This document shows, piece after piece, positions 52,417 to 61,857 of a DNA stretch of 64,000 bases. Origin of the DNA: a bacterium (GTDB lineage: Bacteria > Patescibacteriota > Minisyncoccia > UBA6257 > JAGOQP01); the NCBI GenBank assembly GCA_021780615.1, contig JAJXYJ010000021.1, positions 3,819 to 67,818 of the forward strand, given 5' to 3'. A program made the position numbers and the translations under genes. A model generated the notes under the pieces. That model saw only the letters and a list, made by a program, of their open reading frames with translations, had not been told where the DNA came from and did no database searches. Each line of letters begins with the position of its first letter. The first letter of the stretch is position 1.

Positions 52417-55065
52417 TTACTCTAAATGTATTCTTTCTCGAAATAACTTCACGTAGGCGGCTAAATACGGATATTCCGAAAGCGTCGGATTGGTGGCGAT
52501 GAGTTTAAACGCTTCATCGCGGGCCGATTGGACAAAGAGGGGATTCTGCATTGCCTGCATAGCAAGGTCGGGAAGCCCCGTCTGCTCGCTTCCCAAAAAT
52601 TGCCCCGGGCCACGGAATTTTAAATCCTTTTCTGCTAATTCAAATCCGTTTTTAGCCGTGATGAGTGCTTTAAGGCGCGCTTGGGTAGTTGCCGCCCGGC
52701 TGTCGGTCAAAAGGAAACAATATGATTGGTGCTCGCCCCGGCCCACACGACCACGGAATTGGTACAGCTGTGCCAAGCCGAATTTTTCGGCACCTTCGAT
52801 CATCATAATCGTTGCATTGGGCACATCCACACCCACTTCAATAACAGACGTGGACACCAGTATATCAATGTCGCCATCTTTGAATTTTTTCATGATGGCG
52901 TTCTTTTCCTGTGCTTTCAGTTGCCCGTGCAACATGCCAACGCGCAGGTCAGGAAATATTTTTTTGGAAAGTTTGTCATATTCGGTCTCCACATTCTTTG
53001 CATCAAGCCATAACGCGGACTTACGCTGACTTGACCCTCCTCCGCGTAAAGCTCCGGAAGGGTATGACGCGGAACCACGCAGACCGGAGTCGGCGTATGT
53101 CGGCGTGCTGTCTGCGTCTGTCTGCGCATCCGATGGTTCTATGCGCGGGCACACCACATAAATCTGCCTGCCTTCCTGGACGTGTTGGCGGATGAATGCG
53201 TATGCATCGGGGCGTTGGGCGGGGGGTACGATTTTAGTCACGATAGGCTTTCTATCCTTGGGAAGCTCATTGATAAGCGAAAGTTCCAAATCGCCAAAAA
53301 CGGTGAGTGCCAACGTGCGGGGTATGGGGGTGGCGCTCATGCTCAGAAAATGAGGACTTAACGCGGACGTACGCTGACTTGACGCAGACATTTGCTGACG
53401 GGCAGTATCATATACAATTCGTTTTATTTCTGCAGTGGTATTTGAAAAGTTAATGAGTAGAGCAAGTTTATAAGGAGATCCTTTTAGATATGTCCATATT
53501 TGTCTTTCTTCTGTTTTACCTACATAAGGGAGAGCTTTCAGCTCCACAATAATCTTATTTTCAACAATGAAGTCGGGCCTGTATATTCCTATTTTTTTAG
53601 TTCCATATATCACATCTATAGCCTTTTCTTTTTGGAAAGAAATATTTTTATTTTTAAACTCTTCTTCCAATGCTTTTTGATATAGCAGTTCCTTATGCCC
53701 TAGCCCAAGGTTTTTTCTTACGGCAAAAGCTGCTTCTCGTATTGTGTATGTAATATCTTCATAAAGAAGCTTGTTATTTTCTGCGTCAGTCTGCGTCTCA
53801 GTCTGCGATTGTCCGCGTTCAGAGAGCAGGGCTCTCTGATGGACCCCAAAGCGATGCTGTTCATCAATGACTACCAATCCCACATCCTTGAACGCGATGC
53901 TTTTTTGTATGACGGCGTGAGTGCCGATAATGATGTGTACCTTGCCGGCAGCAATGTATTCGGCAAGTTCTTTCTTTTGTATGTCGCTTTCCAGCCCATC
54001 ACCAAAAAATATGGCGGTATGTGATGCGGTCAACAACGCCACGCCATCTGAAAAATTTTTAAAGAATTGTTTGAATGTGCGGTAATGTTGGAGCGCGAGT
54101 ACTTCGGTGGGAGCCATGAATACCGCTTGTTTTTTGTGTGAGGCAACAACAAGTCCTGCGATCGCGGCAACAATGGTTTTTCCTGATCCGACATCTCCCT
54201 GCAGGAGTCGGTTGGTGGCATGATTTTTTGCCAGATCTTCTAAAATTTCATAGAGCGCTTTTTTTTGCGCGAGAGTAAGGTCAAATGGCAGGCAGGAGAA
54301 ATACTCCTTAATTTGTTGGGGGGTGTATGTGCATGCGGAGGCGGGTTGATGGGCGAATTGGTCCTTTTCGCGCGCGTTGATAAGCTGTAGCAAAAACAGG
54401 TCTTGGAATGCGAACCGGTCCCGAGCGTGCGCCGCCTCTGCAAGCGTTTCGGGGTAGTGGATCATGCGGAATGCGTCGGCGATGAGGGGGAAGTTATGGC
54501 TTTCAATGATGTTGGCTGGAAGGAATTCTTCTATGTCCGCGGCATAATCCATGACTTTATCAAGGACAAATCGAATGCCTTTGGAGGTAATGCCTTTGGT
54601 TTCGGGATATATGGGCACGATGCGGGCGGTATGTTTGGGGGCGTAGTGCTCGTGGGAAATGATTTCAAATTCGGGGTTGGAAAGATATAGTTTTTTGCCG
54701 TTGTGGGATACTTTGCCGGCGAGGTTGACGCCCATACCTTCCTTGAAGGTGTTTAATAAATAGCGTTGATTGAACCAGGTTGCCTGTATTTTTCCCGTTT
54801 CATCGGTGATGGTAATGGTAATGACCAGCAGATGCCGGCGGAATGTTTTGGATACCGATATCTTTTCGATGAGCCCATACACCGTTGCCACCTCGCCTTC
54901 CTCGACATCGGCGATGTTTTTAATCTGCGAAAAATCCTGGTAGCGGAATGGCAGGTGGTACAAAATATCTTTGACTGTCACAATGTTGAGCTTGGCGAGT
55001 TTTTCGGTAAATCGGGGTCCGATACCCTTGATATCCGAGAGTGGTGTTGCCAGAGAAAGTTGCAT
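52417..55065 (-). CDS. recG: ATP-dependent DNA helicase RecG with two in-frame insertions
   Basis: QGDVGSGKT, APTEVLA, DEQHRFG, SATPIPRT, QFRGRVGRG, RGPG. Confidence 0.97.
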   Translation of the reverse strand: MQLSLATPLSDIKGIGPRFTEKLAKLNIVTVKDILYHLPFRYQDFSQIKNIADVEEGEVATVYGLIEKISVSKTFRRHLLVITITITDETGKIQATWFNQRYLLNTFKEGMGVNLAGKVSHNGKKLYLSNPEFEIISHEHYAPKHTARIVPIYPETKGITSKGIRFVLDKVMDYAADIEEFLPANIIESHNFPLIADAFRMIHYPETLAEAAHARDRFAFQDLFLLQLINAREKDQFAHQPASACTYTPQQIKEYFSCLPFDLTLAQKKALYEILEDLAKNHATNRLLQGDVGSGKTIVAAIAGLVVASHKKQAVFMAPTEVLALQHYRTFKQFFKNFSDGVALLTASHTAIFFGDGLESDIQKKELAEYIAAGKVHIIIGTHAVIQKSIAFKDVGLVVIDEQHRFGVHQRALLSERGQSQTETQTDAENNKLLYEDITYTIREAAFAVRKNLGLGHKELLYQKALEEEFKNKNISFQKEKAIDVIYGTKKIGIYRPDFIVENKIIVELKALPYVGKTEERQIWTYLKGSPYKLALLINFSNTTAEIKRIVYDTARQQMSASSQRTSALSPHFLSMSATPIPRTLALTVFGDLELSLINELPKDRKPIVTKIVPPAQRPDAYAFIRQHVQEGRQIYVVCPRIEPSDAQTDADSTPTYADSGLRGSASYPSGALRGGGSSQRKSALWLDAKNVETEYDKLSKKIFPDLRVGMLHGQLKAQEKNAIMKKFKDGDIDILVSTSVIEVGVDVPNATIMMIEGAEKFGLAQLYQFRGRVGRGEHQSYCFLLTDSRAATTQARLKALITAKNGFELAEKDLKFRGPGQFLGSEQTGLPDLAMQAMQNPLFVQSARDEAFKLIATNPTLSEYPYLAAYVKLFRERIHLE
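53011..53128. repeat. 'Empty' inverted-repeat element in frame within recG
   Basis: ACGCDGAC units, CGGA loop, GTCKGCGT units; left 25 nt 24/25 identical to 53359-53383. Confidence 0.8.
53359..53820 (-). mobile_element. GxxExxY (PD-(D/E)XK) nuclease cassette with inverted-repeat ends, in frame in recG
   Basis: GHKELLY, RPDFIVENKIIVELKA, QIWTYLK; ends AACGCGGAC/GTCCGCGTT; AT-rich relative to recG. Confidence 0.85.
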
Positions 55066-55177
55066 AAAGATACATCAGTATATCATGTACAAAAATTGAC
55101 ACGAAACGCCATCTACGGTAGCCTCTATATAGAAAATTCAAATAACTATTTATAAACTCTTTGAGTAGGAGGTACTC

Positions 55178-55423
55178 ATGAAACAGCAAGACGTGGAGAA
55201 AACTAACAATGATCCATTGAAGAAGAATTCTTTTGTCGGGTTAGACAAGGATCAGCTTTCTGCAGCTGATTCTCGAAAGGGCAAAGAACTAGTGGGACCT
55301 GGAGACAATGATCATTGTCGCAAGCTCGATGATGGCGGAGAGTTTTACATTGGCAAGACTCCGCCTATACAATTTTTCCAAGACCAGCATGGAACTGGTC
55401 CGTCGGGAGTTTTTAGTAAATGA
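55178..55423 (+). CDS. Small hypothetical protein
   Basis: AGGAGGT RBS and downstream terminator hairpin. Confidence 0.55.
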   Translation: MKQQDVEKTNNDPLKKNSFVGLDKDQLSAADSRKGKELVGPGDNDHCRKLDDGGEFYIGKTPPIQFFQDQHGTGPSGVFSK

Positions 55424-55545
55424 TTTTTTCTGAGCCGCGTTAGCGGCTCTTTTCTTTACTTAATAACTGTTTTGTGGTAGAAGAAAGGCAGAATAACATT
55501 GAAAAATAAATATAAAATATATAAAAAAGAAAGGAATGGTGCTGT

Positions 55546-56478
55546 ATGGAACAGTATCTTGATGCGTTGGTGGATGTTCTAGACACAGGATGGGACAGGA
55601 TGACGCGAGCGACGCTTGATGGGGAATATGTTCCCGCCCGGACAAAGTTCGGAAGAGAAATGCGGTTTGATTTGAGTAATGGAAAATTTCCCATTGTTAC
55701 CACAAAAGCCGTTTCATTTCGTATGATTGCGCTTGAACTTGCCGGTTTTATTGCGGCAACACGGGATGTGCATGATTTTGATGATGTGCACGTTCCTATA
55801 TGGGATGCGAACGTATCGGCCCCTTGGTGGGAAAAATTCAAAAAATTTGAAGGGGATACAGGAAGGATTTATGGCGTTGAGTGGAGAAATTTTCCATCCC
55901 CATGGTCAAAGTCGGGAGAAGTGGATCAGCTTGCATGGATTCTGCGCATGCTTAAGGAAAATCCGAATGAGCGGCGCATGGTTATGACCGCTTGGAATCC
56001 TGCAAGTGTGCAGGAAAGCAAGGTATGCTTGCCACCGTGTCATGTCCTCGTTCATTTTGATATTATTGATGGCAAACTTTGTTTGTTTATGTACCAGCGG
56101 AGTGCTGATATGCTTTTGGGGGTGCCGTATAACATCAGCAGTTATGCACTTTTGGCGGCATTAGTTGCTCATCTGCTTGGATATCCGTTGGGCGAGTTTA
56201 TCCATTATCTGGGAGACTATCACATTTATCATAATCATTTTGAGAGTGTGAGAGAGCAGCTTAAGCGCAAACCAATGGAACTACCAACGCTTTGGATTAA
56301 TCCGGCAATCAAAAATATAGACGATTTTCGTCTGGATAAAATGATTGTGCGTATTAAAACCGAAGACGATTTTTTGAGCGGCAAACGAAAGCCACAGGAA
56401 GTTATTGATGATTACGTGAAGCTTATTGATTACAAACATCACCCCAAGCTTCCCGGCGATCAGCGTATGGCAGTTTAA
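55546..56478 (+). CDS. thyA: Thymidylate synthase
   Basis: FPIVTTK, IWD, LPPCH, YQRSAD, GVPYN, HIYHNH. Confidence 0.95.
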   Translation: MEQYLDALVDVLDTGWDRMTRATLDGEYVPARTKFGREMRFDLSNGKFPIVTTKAVSFRMIALELAGFIAATRDVHDFDDVHVPIWDANVSAPWWEKFKKFEGDTGRIYGVEWRNFPSPWSKSGEVDQLAWILRMLKENPNERRMVMTAWNPASVQESKVCLPPCHVLVHFDIIDGKLCLFMYQRSADMLLGVPYNISSYALLAALVAHLLGYPLGEFIHYLGDYHIYHNHFESVREQLKRKPMELPTLWINPAIKNIDDFRLDKMIVRIKTEDDFLSGKRKPQEVIDDYVKLIDYKHHPKLPGDQRMAV

Positions 56479-56550
56479 TTATGACAAAGCAGAGGTTTCT
56501 GCTTTGGACCCCCGTTTACGGGGGTTTTTTAATGCGCTATGCTATGACAT

Positions 56551-56997
56551 ATGGCCGTCCCATCAAAAAAATTCGTCAATCCGCGGTTTGCCCGAAAGGG
56601 GGAATATGAGCGGGTGATACGGGAAATCATCGCCCAAGGGCATTGCCCGTTTTGCCCCGAAAATTTCATATACCACAAATATCCGATACTTAAGAAAAAA
56701 GGTGGGTGGGTTATTACTCGTTCCAGCTGGCCATATAAAAATGCCCAACATCATTTTTTAATCATTGGAAAAAAACATAAGGAAAACTTCAAAGATCTTA
56801 CCGCGCAGGATTTCAATGAGGTGAAAGATTTGGTCCGTTGGGCAACGCATGAGTTTTCTCTGAAAGGGGGAGCGTTGACGCTTCGTTTTGGTGATACAGA
56901 TTATACCGGTTCTACCGTTGCGCATCTGCACTTTCATCTTATCGTGCCTATTCTTAAAAAAGGAAAATCTTTGCCAGTGATGTTTCCTATAGGGTAG
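56551..56997 (+). CDS. HIT family nucleotide hydrolase
   Basis: CPFC, WPY, HLHFH. Confidence 0.9.
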   Translation: MAVPSKKFVNPRFARKGEYERVIREIIAQGHCPFCPENFIYHKYPILKKKGGWVITRSSWPYKNAQHHFLIIGKKHKENFKDLTAQDFNEVKDLVRWATHEFSLKGGALTLRFGDTDYTGSTVAHLHFHLIVPILKKGKSLPVMFPIG

Positions 56998-57054
56998 TTT
57001 ATATTTTTATAAGGAATAAAAAATTCCCCTGCACCAGAATGATGCAGGGGATGT

Positions 57055-57906
57055 TTATTGTACGAGAATAATTTCTATGCCCGCACTCTTGAGGACGGTT
57101 TCGCCGTCCAAAGAGGCATGCCCCGTGGCATAGAAAAGTTTTTTGATGCCGCTTGCCGCGATGAGCTTGGCGCACACTGGGCAGGGGAAGGTAGTCACAT
57201 ACAGAGATAATCCTTCCAGCGACATGCCGTGGCGTGCGGCGGCGGCAATAATTGCTTGTTCTGCGTGAATTGCGGATGTAAGATATCCGTCCTTTCCAGC
57301 CTCGATAAAGTCACGCGGATCCCCATTCATATAAGGGATATATTCATGGGGGACGTGGGTGTTGTGTGTTTTAAGGAATGTTGTTTCCTTTGGAAAGGAG
57401 GGATTGATAACTATTGCTCCAACTCTTCTCCACCAGTCGGATGATTTATGAGCTTCGTGTGTGGCGGTATCCATCATCATCTGATCATAAGAATCTATCG
57501 ATATGCGGTCATAGTGTACATCTGATTGACTATACACTAATGAACTATCCCACTGAAGAAAATCGGAGTCAAAGGTGACGCTCTGTGCCGCCCTAAGATA
57601 TTGTGCCGCAAATGCAGAGCACACTTCGTTCGAAAGAGTGATAACATCCTTTCCGGCAAATGTTTGAGGATTGCTCTCCCCGCTGAATATCTCAATGGAA
57701 GAGAATGGGGGAATGGTGACGGTATGGTTTAAAAAATCCCATACCGTAGAAGCGTGTATACACCGAATTTCTTTATAGGGAGATATTTTTGCAACAATGT
57801 CGTCTCCGATGAGATATATTGCATCAACGGTACTCCTGTATTTCTCCAATAGATCAATATATCCTTTATGGATAACGGGTACATACAGAACAAGTATGGG
57901 TTTCAT
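57055..57906 (-). CDS. dCMP deaminase-like protein with extra N-terminal domain
   Basis: RVGA, HAEQ, FPCPVC; N-terminal PVIHKGY. Confidence 0.88.
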   Translation of the reverse strand: MKPILVLYVPVIHKGYIDLLEKYRSTVDAIYLIGDDIVAKISPYKEIRCIHASTVWDFLNHTVTIPPFSSIEIFSGESNPQTFAGKDVITLSNEVCSAFAAQYLRAAQSVTFDSDFLQWDSSLVYSQSDVHYDRISIDSYDQMMMDTATHEAHKSSDWWRRVGAIVINPSFPKETTFLKTHNTHVPHEYIPYMNGDPRDFIEAGKDGYLTSAIHAEQAIIAAAARHGMSLEGLSLYVTTFPCPVCAKLIAASGIKKLFYATGHASLDGETVLKSAGIEIILVQ

Positions 57907-58499
57907 CGCTTACCTCCTTTTGATATTTTGTTGGCAAGATCAGTGATTTTTTTACCGAAGTCGGAAATTTCACTGATAATGGGAAATAGTTCTCCCTTGA
58001 GCATTCCCTGCACAATGTCTGAAGATGATGTGCTTTCCGCTTGGCGGGGGAGTACCTTTATTTCCGAACAGAACTCTCTAATATGTTCAAGTTGCTCTTC
58101 GGGATAACTGTCTTCAACAGCGATAAACATGTCGGGACGGAGCAGTTTTATGAGTTTGTACTGCCACTGCCCCTGGGCATTCAGATCTTCTACAAGCGTT
58201 ATGTAGTCGACGAACCCCAAGTACGTGAGCATTTCCATGCGTTCTTCCTGCGGAACGATGGGGCGGTACTGCCCTTTGTAGAGCTTTATTGCCGCGTCGC
58301 TATCAACGCCGACAATAAGGATGTCGCCGTGCTTGCTGGCCTCTAATAGGTATCGGGTATGCCCTATGTGGAGCAAGTCCCAACTGCCTATAGTTACCAC
58401 AATTTTATGCCCCAATGTCCGCTGGGCATCGATGACTTTGTTAAGGATAGCATAGTCCTTAACAATCTTTTTTTCGAGGTTTTTTCTGTCATTATTCAT
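57903..58499 (-). CDS. Cytidylyl/adenylyltransferase (RfaE-II/TagD-like)
   Basis: GSWDLLHIGHTRYL, VGVDSD, RP..ER, TSSS. Confidence 0.9.
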   Translation of the reverse strand: MNNDRKNLEKKIVKDYAILNKVIDAQRTLGHKIVVTIGSWDLLHIGHTRYLLEASKHGDILIVGVDSDAAIKLYKGQYRPIVPQEERMEMLTYLGFVDYITLVEDLNAQGQWQYKLIKLLRPDMFIAVEDSYPEEQLEHIREFCSEIKVLPRQAESTSSSDIVQGMLKGELFPIISEISDFGKKITDLANKISKGGKR

Positions 58500-58719
58500 G
58501 GCAGCCCTCCTTTCCTTTTATTGTTTTTATTATTTATTTATTTTCTATTTCAATTATCTTCCTATACATAAGCACGAAATGTATGTTTGGTCAATGATGT
58601 TAGCGTGATTGCTTTTGGGGGGCTTTTTTGATATGGTGTCTGCTGTCTAGCGGTTATGTGATTATTTTTATTATCGAGTGGATAATACATAACATGTACT
58701 GGTGGTGTGCAACGTATAT

Positions 58720-58791
58720 GCGCTCGTCGTTCAACGGATAGGACACAAGATTGCGGATCTTGTAATAGGGGTTCGATTCCCTTCGAGCGCA
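58720..58791 (+). tRNA. tRNA-Arg(GCG)
   Basis: Acceptor GCGCTCG/CGAGCGC, anticodon arm CAAGA-TTGCGGA-TCTTG, GGTTCGATTCC; no encoded CCA. Confidence 0.93.
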
Positions 58792-58806
58792 CTTGTAGAA
58801 AAAACT

Positions 58807-58878
58807 GTCTCCGTAGTTTAACGGATAGAATATCTCCCTCCGAAGGAGACGGTACAGGTTCAATTCCTGTCGGGGACA
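58807..58878 (+). tRNA. tRNA-Arg(CCG)
   Basis: Acceptor GTCTCCG/CGGGGAC, anticodon arm TCTCC-CTCCGAA-GGAGA, GGTTCAATTCC. Confidence 0.93.
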
Positions 58879-58960
58879 CAAAAACAAGAATTCCTGTTGG
58901 AGCTATATAATAAAAATCACCCGCAAAGGAGTGATTTTTTTGTGTCATAAAAAAAGCATC

Positions 58961-59485
58961 TTAGATGCCAATCATTTTTGAAAGGACATCAATCAATGAT
59001 GGTTCCATTTTTTTCTGCACAATCTTTTTTTCAATAAGAATGCTTTGTATTTTTGAGCGATCGGCGCGATGGATGCGAATTCGTAGAATAGGGCGTAGTT
59101 TTTCTCGGAAAAGAAGAAAAAGTTCTATGTCATCAGGGGCAAATTCATACAAATCAAATGCGGCAAAATGAGAGTATTCGTACACTGATTCGTAATCACC
59201 AAAAATAATTTTTTCATCAGTGAGTGTGAAAGTGTATACATGTGCTTGCTGTGAAGATAAAAATAAAACAGTACCTGTGGCGAGGATAACAAAGACACCA
59301 AAGAGAAAATCTTTTTGCCATATGGCAAAAAGTAACAGGAAAACCATACTCACAAAGAGTGTGGTATAAAAGACTCCTGTGCGTTCTCGTTCGGTGTGTC
59401 GAGAGATGTTCCAGGTAAGAAGAACGCGATCAGTATCGTGTTCCGGTAGTGCCGGTGATGATGAGTTAAGTGCTGGCTGATCCAT
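58961..59485 (-). CDS. Two-TM membrane protein of unknown function
   Basis: Two TMs then beta-rich domain; start reassigned to MDQPAL. Confidence 0.7.
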   Translation of the reverse strand: MDQPALNSSSPALPEHDTDRVLLTWNISRHTERERTGVFYTTLFVSMVFLLLFAIWQKDFLFGVFVILATGTVLFLSSQQAHVYTFTLTDEKIIFGDYESVYEYSHFAAFDLYEFAPDDIELFLLFREKLRPILRIRIHRADRSKIQSILIEKKIVQKKMEPSLIDVLSKMIGI

Positions 59486-59519
59486 AGAATGGTAGTATAC
59501 CGCGTCAGCGTGACGAAAG

Positions 59520-61256
59520 CTATATTTGATCAAGAGGTGTTGTTCCCAAGAGTTCCAATCCCGTGGCCAGTACGTGTGCCGCTTTTCTGAGTACATAGAG
59601 GCGCGCCGCTTTTCGTCCGGCATTATCATCGCTTAACACGGGAGTTACTTCATAAAAGGCATTTATTTTATTGGCAAGCAAGAAGAGATAGTCAGTGAGT
59701 TGATGCGCCGATGAGGTGTCCATGCATACCGTGAGCGCATCATCAAATTGCAAGATGATTTTTATCATATCCCAATCGCGTTCATCAAGACTGTTGGGCC
59801 GTCCTCGTACGATTCGGGTTGTTTTTTTAAGAATACGCGCAAGACGAGCGTAGGTATACTGCACGTAAGAAAAACTATTACCTCCCAAGGATAACATTCG
59901 CTGGGGATCAAAAATGATATCGGATGTGCGATTATCTTTGAGGAGATTGTATTTGAGTGATCCAATACCCACCGTGGTGGCGATGCGTTCTTTTTTCTGG
60001 GCGGCGATGTGTTGTTGTTTTTCACTAACAACAGCTCGAGCGGCGGCGATAACTTGGTCAATGAGATCTTGCGCTGATACAATGCGTCCTTCGCGAGTCG
60101 CAAATTTTTTTCCCGTGGTGTCCAAAACAGCGCCAAAGCCGACGTGTTCCAGGGGGATGTCGGTAATGTGGAGGAGGGTATTGAGAGCAAAAAGTTGTTT
60201 AAAATGGAGTTGTTGTTCGTTGCCGACTACATAGAGTATTTTTATGGGATGCTCTTTTTTAATGCGGTAGGACAAACTGACTATGTCACGTGTCATGTAG
60301 AGGGTGGCGCCGTCAGATTTGGCGATGAGCGCTGGGGGAAGTCCCTCCTGTTGGAGGGGGATAATCCATGCCCCTTCGCTTTGTTGCGCAATGCCTTCGG
60401 CTTGGAGTTTTTCCAGAAATGGAGCCAGGAGTGGTTCGTAAAAACTTTCACCAACTATGTGGGTAAATGAAATATTAAGAAGTGCGTATGTTTTTTTAAA
60501 TTCATCAAGTGATACCGTTACAATCCATTTCCATAATGCTCTGTTTTGAACATCTCCCATTTCTAATTTTTTAAACTCTTCTCGAGCGGCATCTTCAAGA
60601 GAGGGGTCTTCTTTTACTTTATCATGAAAAAGAATATACAGCGTGAGGAGTTCGGCAATCGGATTTTTTTCAACTATGTCCTTGTGGCCCCATCGTTTGT
60701 AGGCGACGAGTAATTTTCCAAATTGCGTTCCCCAATCTCCCAAATGATTCCATGCAATAACCGTGTAGCCTTGGTGAGTATAGAGACGCGAAAGAAAATC
60801 GCCCAAGATAGTGGCACGCAAATGTCCCACATGCATTGGTTTGGCTACGTTAGGGGATGAGAATTCGATAATAACTCGTTTGGATTTAATGGGTCGCTGG
60901 GCCACTATTTGCATACGGGAGAGTGTGGTGTAGAGGAATGAGGGGGTAAGAAAAAAATTTAAAAACCCGCCACCGGCAATCTCAACCCGTTCCAGTGCCG
61001 GATCATTTTTTTCTCGAATAGTTTGGGCCAGGAGTTGGGCGAGTTCGGAAGGATGTTCTTTGACAATACGGGCGAGAGCAAATGCCGCATTTGATGAGTA
61101 ATCTCCAAATGAGGCAATTTGTTTAGCCTCTACTTCAAAAGAAAGTGAGTCACTGTCAGTAATATATTGAGGAAAGCGTGCAATACACAGTGTGTGCATG
61201 GCGTCGTGCATGATTGTATACAAATAGGATTTTGGAGAGACGTACGTATGTTTCAT
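59520..61256 (-). CDS. argS: Arginine--tRNA ligase
   Basis: FGDYSSN, EFSSPNVAKPMHVGHLR, GDWGTQFG, KSDGATLY, YVQYTYAR. Confidence 0.97.
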   Translation of the reverse strand: MKHTYVSPKSYLYTIMHDAMHTLCIARFPQYITDSDSLSFEVEAKQIASFGDYSSNAAFALARIVKEHPSELAQLLAQTIREKNDPALERVEIAGGGFLNFFLTPSFLYTTLSRMQIVAQRPIKSKRVIIEFSSPNVAKPMHVGHLRATILGDFLSRLYTHQGYTVIAWNHLGDWGTQFGKLLVAYKRWGHKDIVEKNPIAELLTLYILFHDKVKEDPSLEDAAREEFKKLEMGDVQNRALWKWIVTVSLDEFKKTYALLNISFTHIVGESFYEPLLAPFLEKLQAEGIAQQSEGAWIIPLQQEGLPPALIAKSDGATLYMTRDIVSLSYRIKKEHPIKILYVVGNEQQLHFKQLFALNTLLHITDIPLEHVGFGAVLDTTGKKFATREGRIVSAQDLIDQVIAAARAVVSEKQQHIAAQKKERIATTVGIGSLKYNLLKDNRTSDIIFDPQRMLSLGGNSFSYVQYTYARLARILKKTTRIVRGRPNSLDERDWDMIKIILQFDDALTVCMDTSSAHQLTDYLFLLANKINAFYEVTPVLSDDNAGRKAARLYVLRKAAHVLATGLELLGTTPLDQI

Positions 61257-61403
61257 GGGAGGTAATATACGTACGATAACGCATTTTTAAACCATACGCA
61301 ATGCGGTTTTTGCTATGCACAGGTGAGTGTAAGAAGTATGGTATACTTACATATTATAGAAGATTAAAGGTCGAATTCCCTAAGTAGTAGACATATATAT
61401 ACT

Positions 61404-61631
61404 ATGAATAAATTAAGCGGGTTCGATTGGACAGCATTTGTCCTTGTTATTATTGGAGGATTAAACTGGGGCTTAGTGGGTATCTTTAACTTCAATCTTG
61501 TGGGAGCACTATTTGGCGATATGTCCATTATCTCGAGCATTATTTATATCCTTGTAGGACTTTCTGCATTGTATTTGATTTTTGTTGCTGGCAGTTTAGG
61601 TAAGCAATCAGGAGGAAAGTCAGCAGCATAG
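61404..61631 (+). CDS. DUF378 small membrane protein
   Basis: LVIIGGLNWGLVG, IYILVGLSALY. Confidence 0.9.
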   Translation: MNKLSGFDWTAFVLVIIGGLNWGLVGIFNFNLVGALFGDMSIISSIIYILVGLSALYLIFVAGSLGKQSGGKSAA

Positions 61632-61795
61632 TAATTTGGGCGAAAGGTGAGGATAATTATTGTGTATGATCCTCTCTTAAGAATTTTTTACAGTCGCGCC
61701 AAGAAACCCCTCTTTCACGTTTTGTGAAAGAGGGGTTTTATGTGTGCGTGCAGCACACATACACATATGTACACATAAGAGAGATTGAAGATTTC

Positions 61796-61839
61796 CCTGC
61801 TCCCCTTTCCGTCCCGATCGGGACGGAAAGGGGAGCAGG
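61796..61839. repeat. Perfect 44-bp palindrome
   Basis: CCTGCTCCCCTTTCCGTCCCGA|TCGGGACGGAAAGGGGAGCAGG. Confidence 0.92.
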
Positions 61840-61857
61840 TATGATATACTTATTTTT

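Noticed and set aside
53359-53820. Intein in RecG
   Set aside because: No recognisable HINT blocks or terminal His-Asn followed by Cys/Ser/Thr; the insert is repeat arms plus a GxxExxY domain.
55546-56478. Phage-type dCMP hydroxymethylase
   Set aside because: Retains the dUMP-specifying Asn (GVPYN) and canonical ThyA motifs.
57055-57906. AvcD-type anti-phage dCTP deaminase
   Set aside because: No N-terminal P-loop kinase (Walker A) motif is visible.
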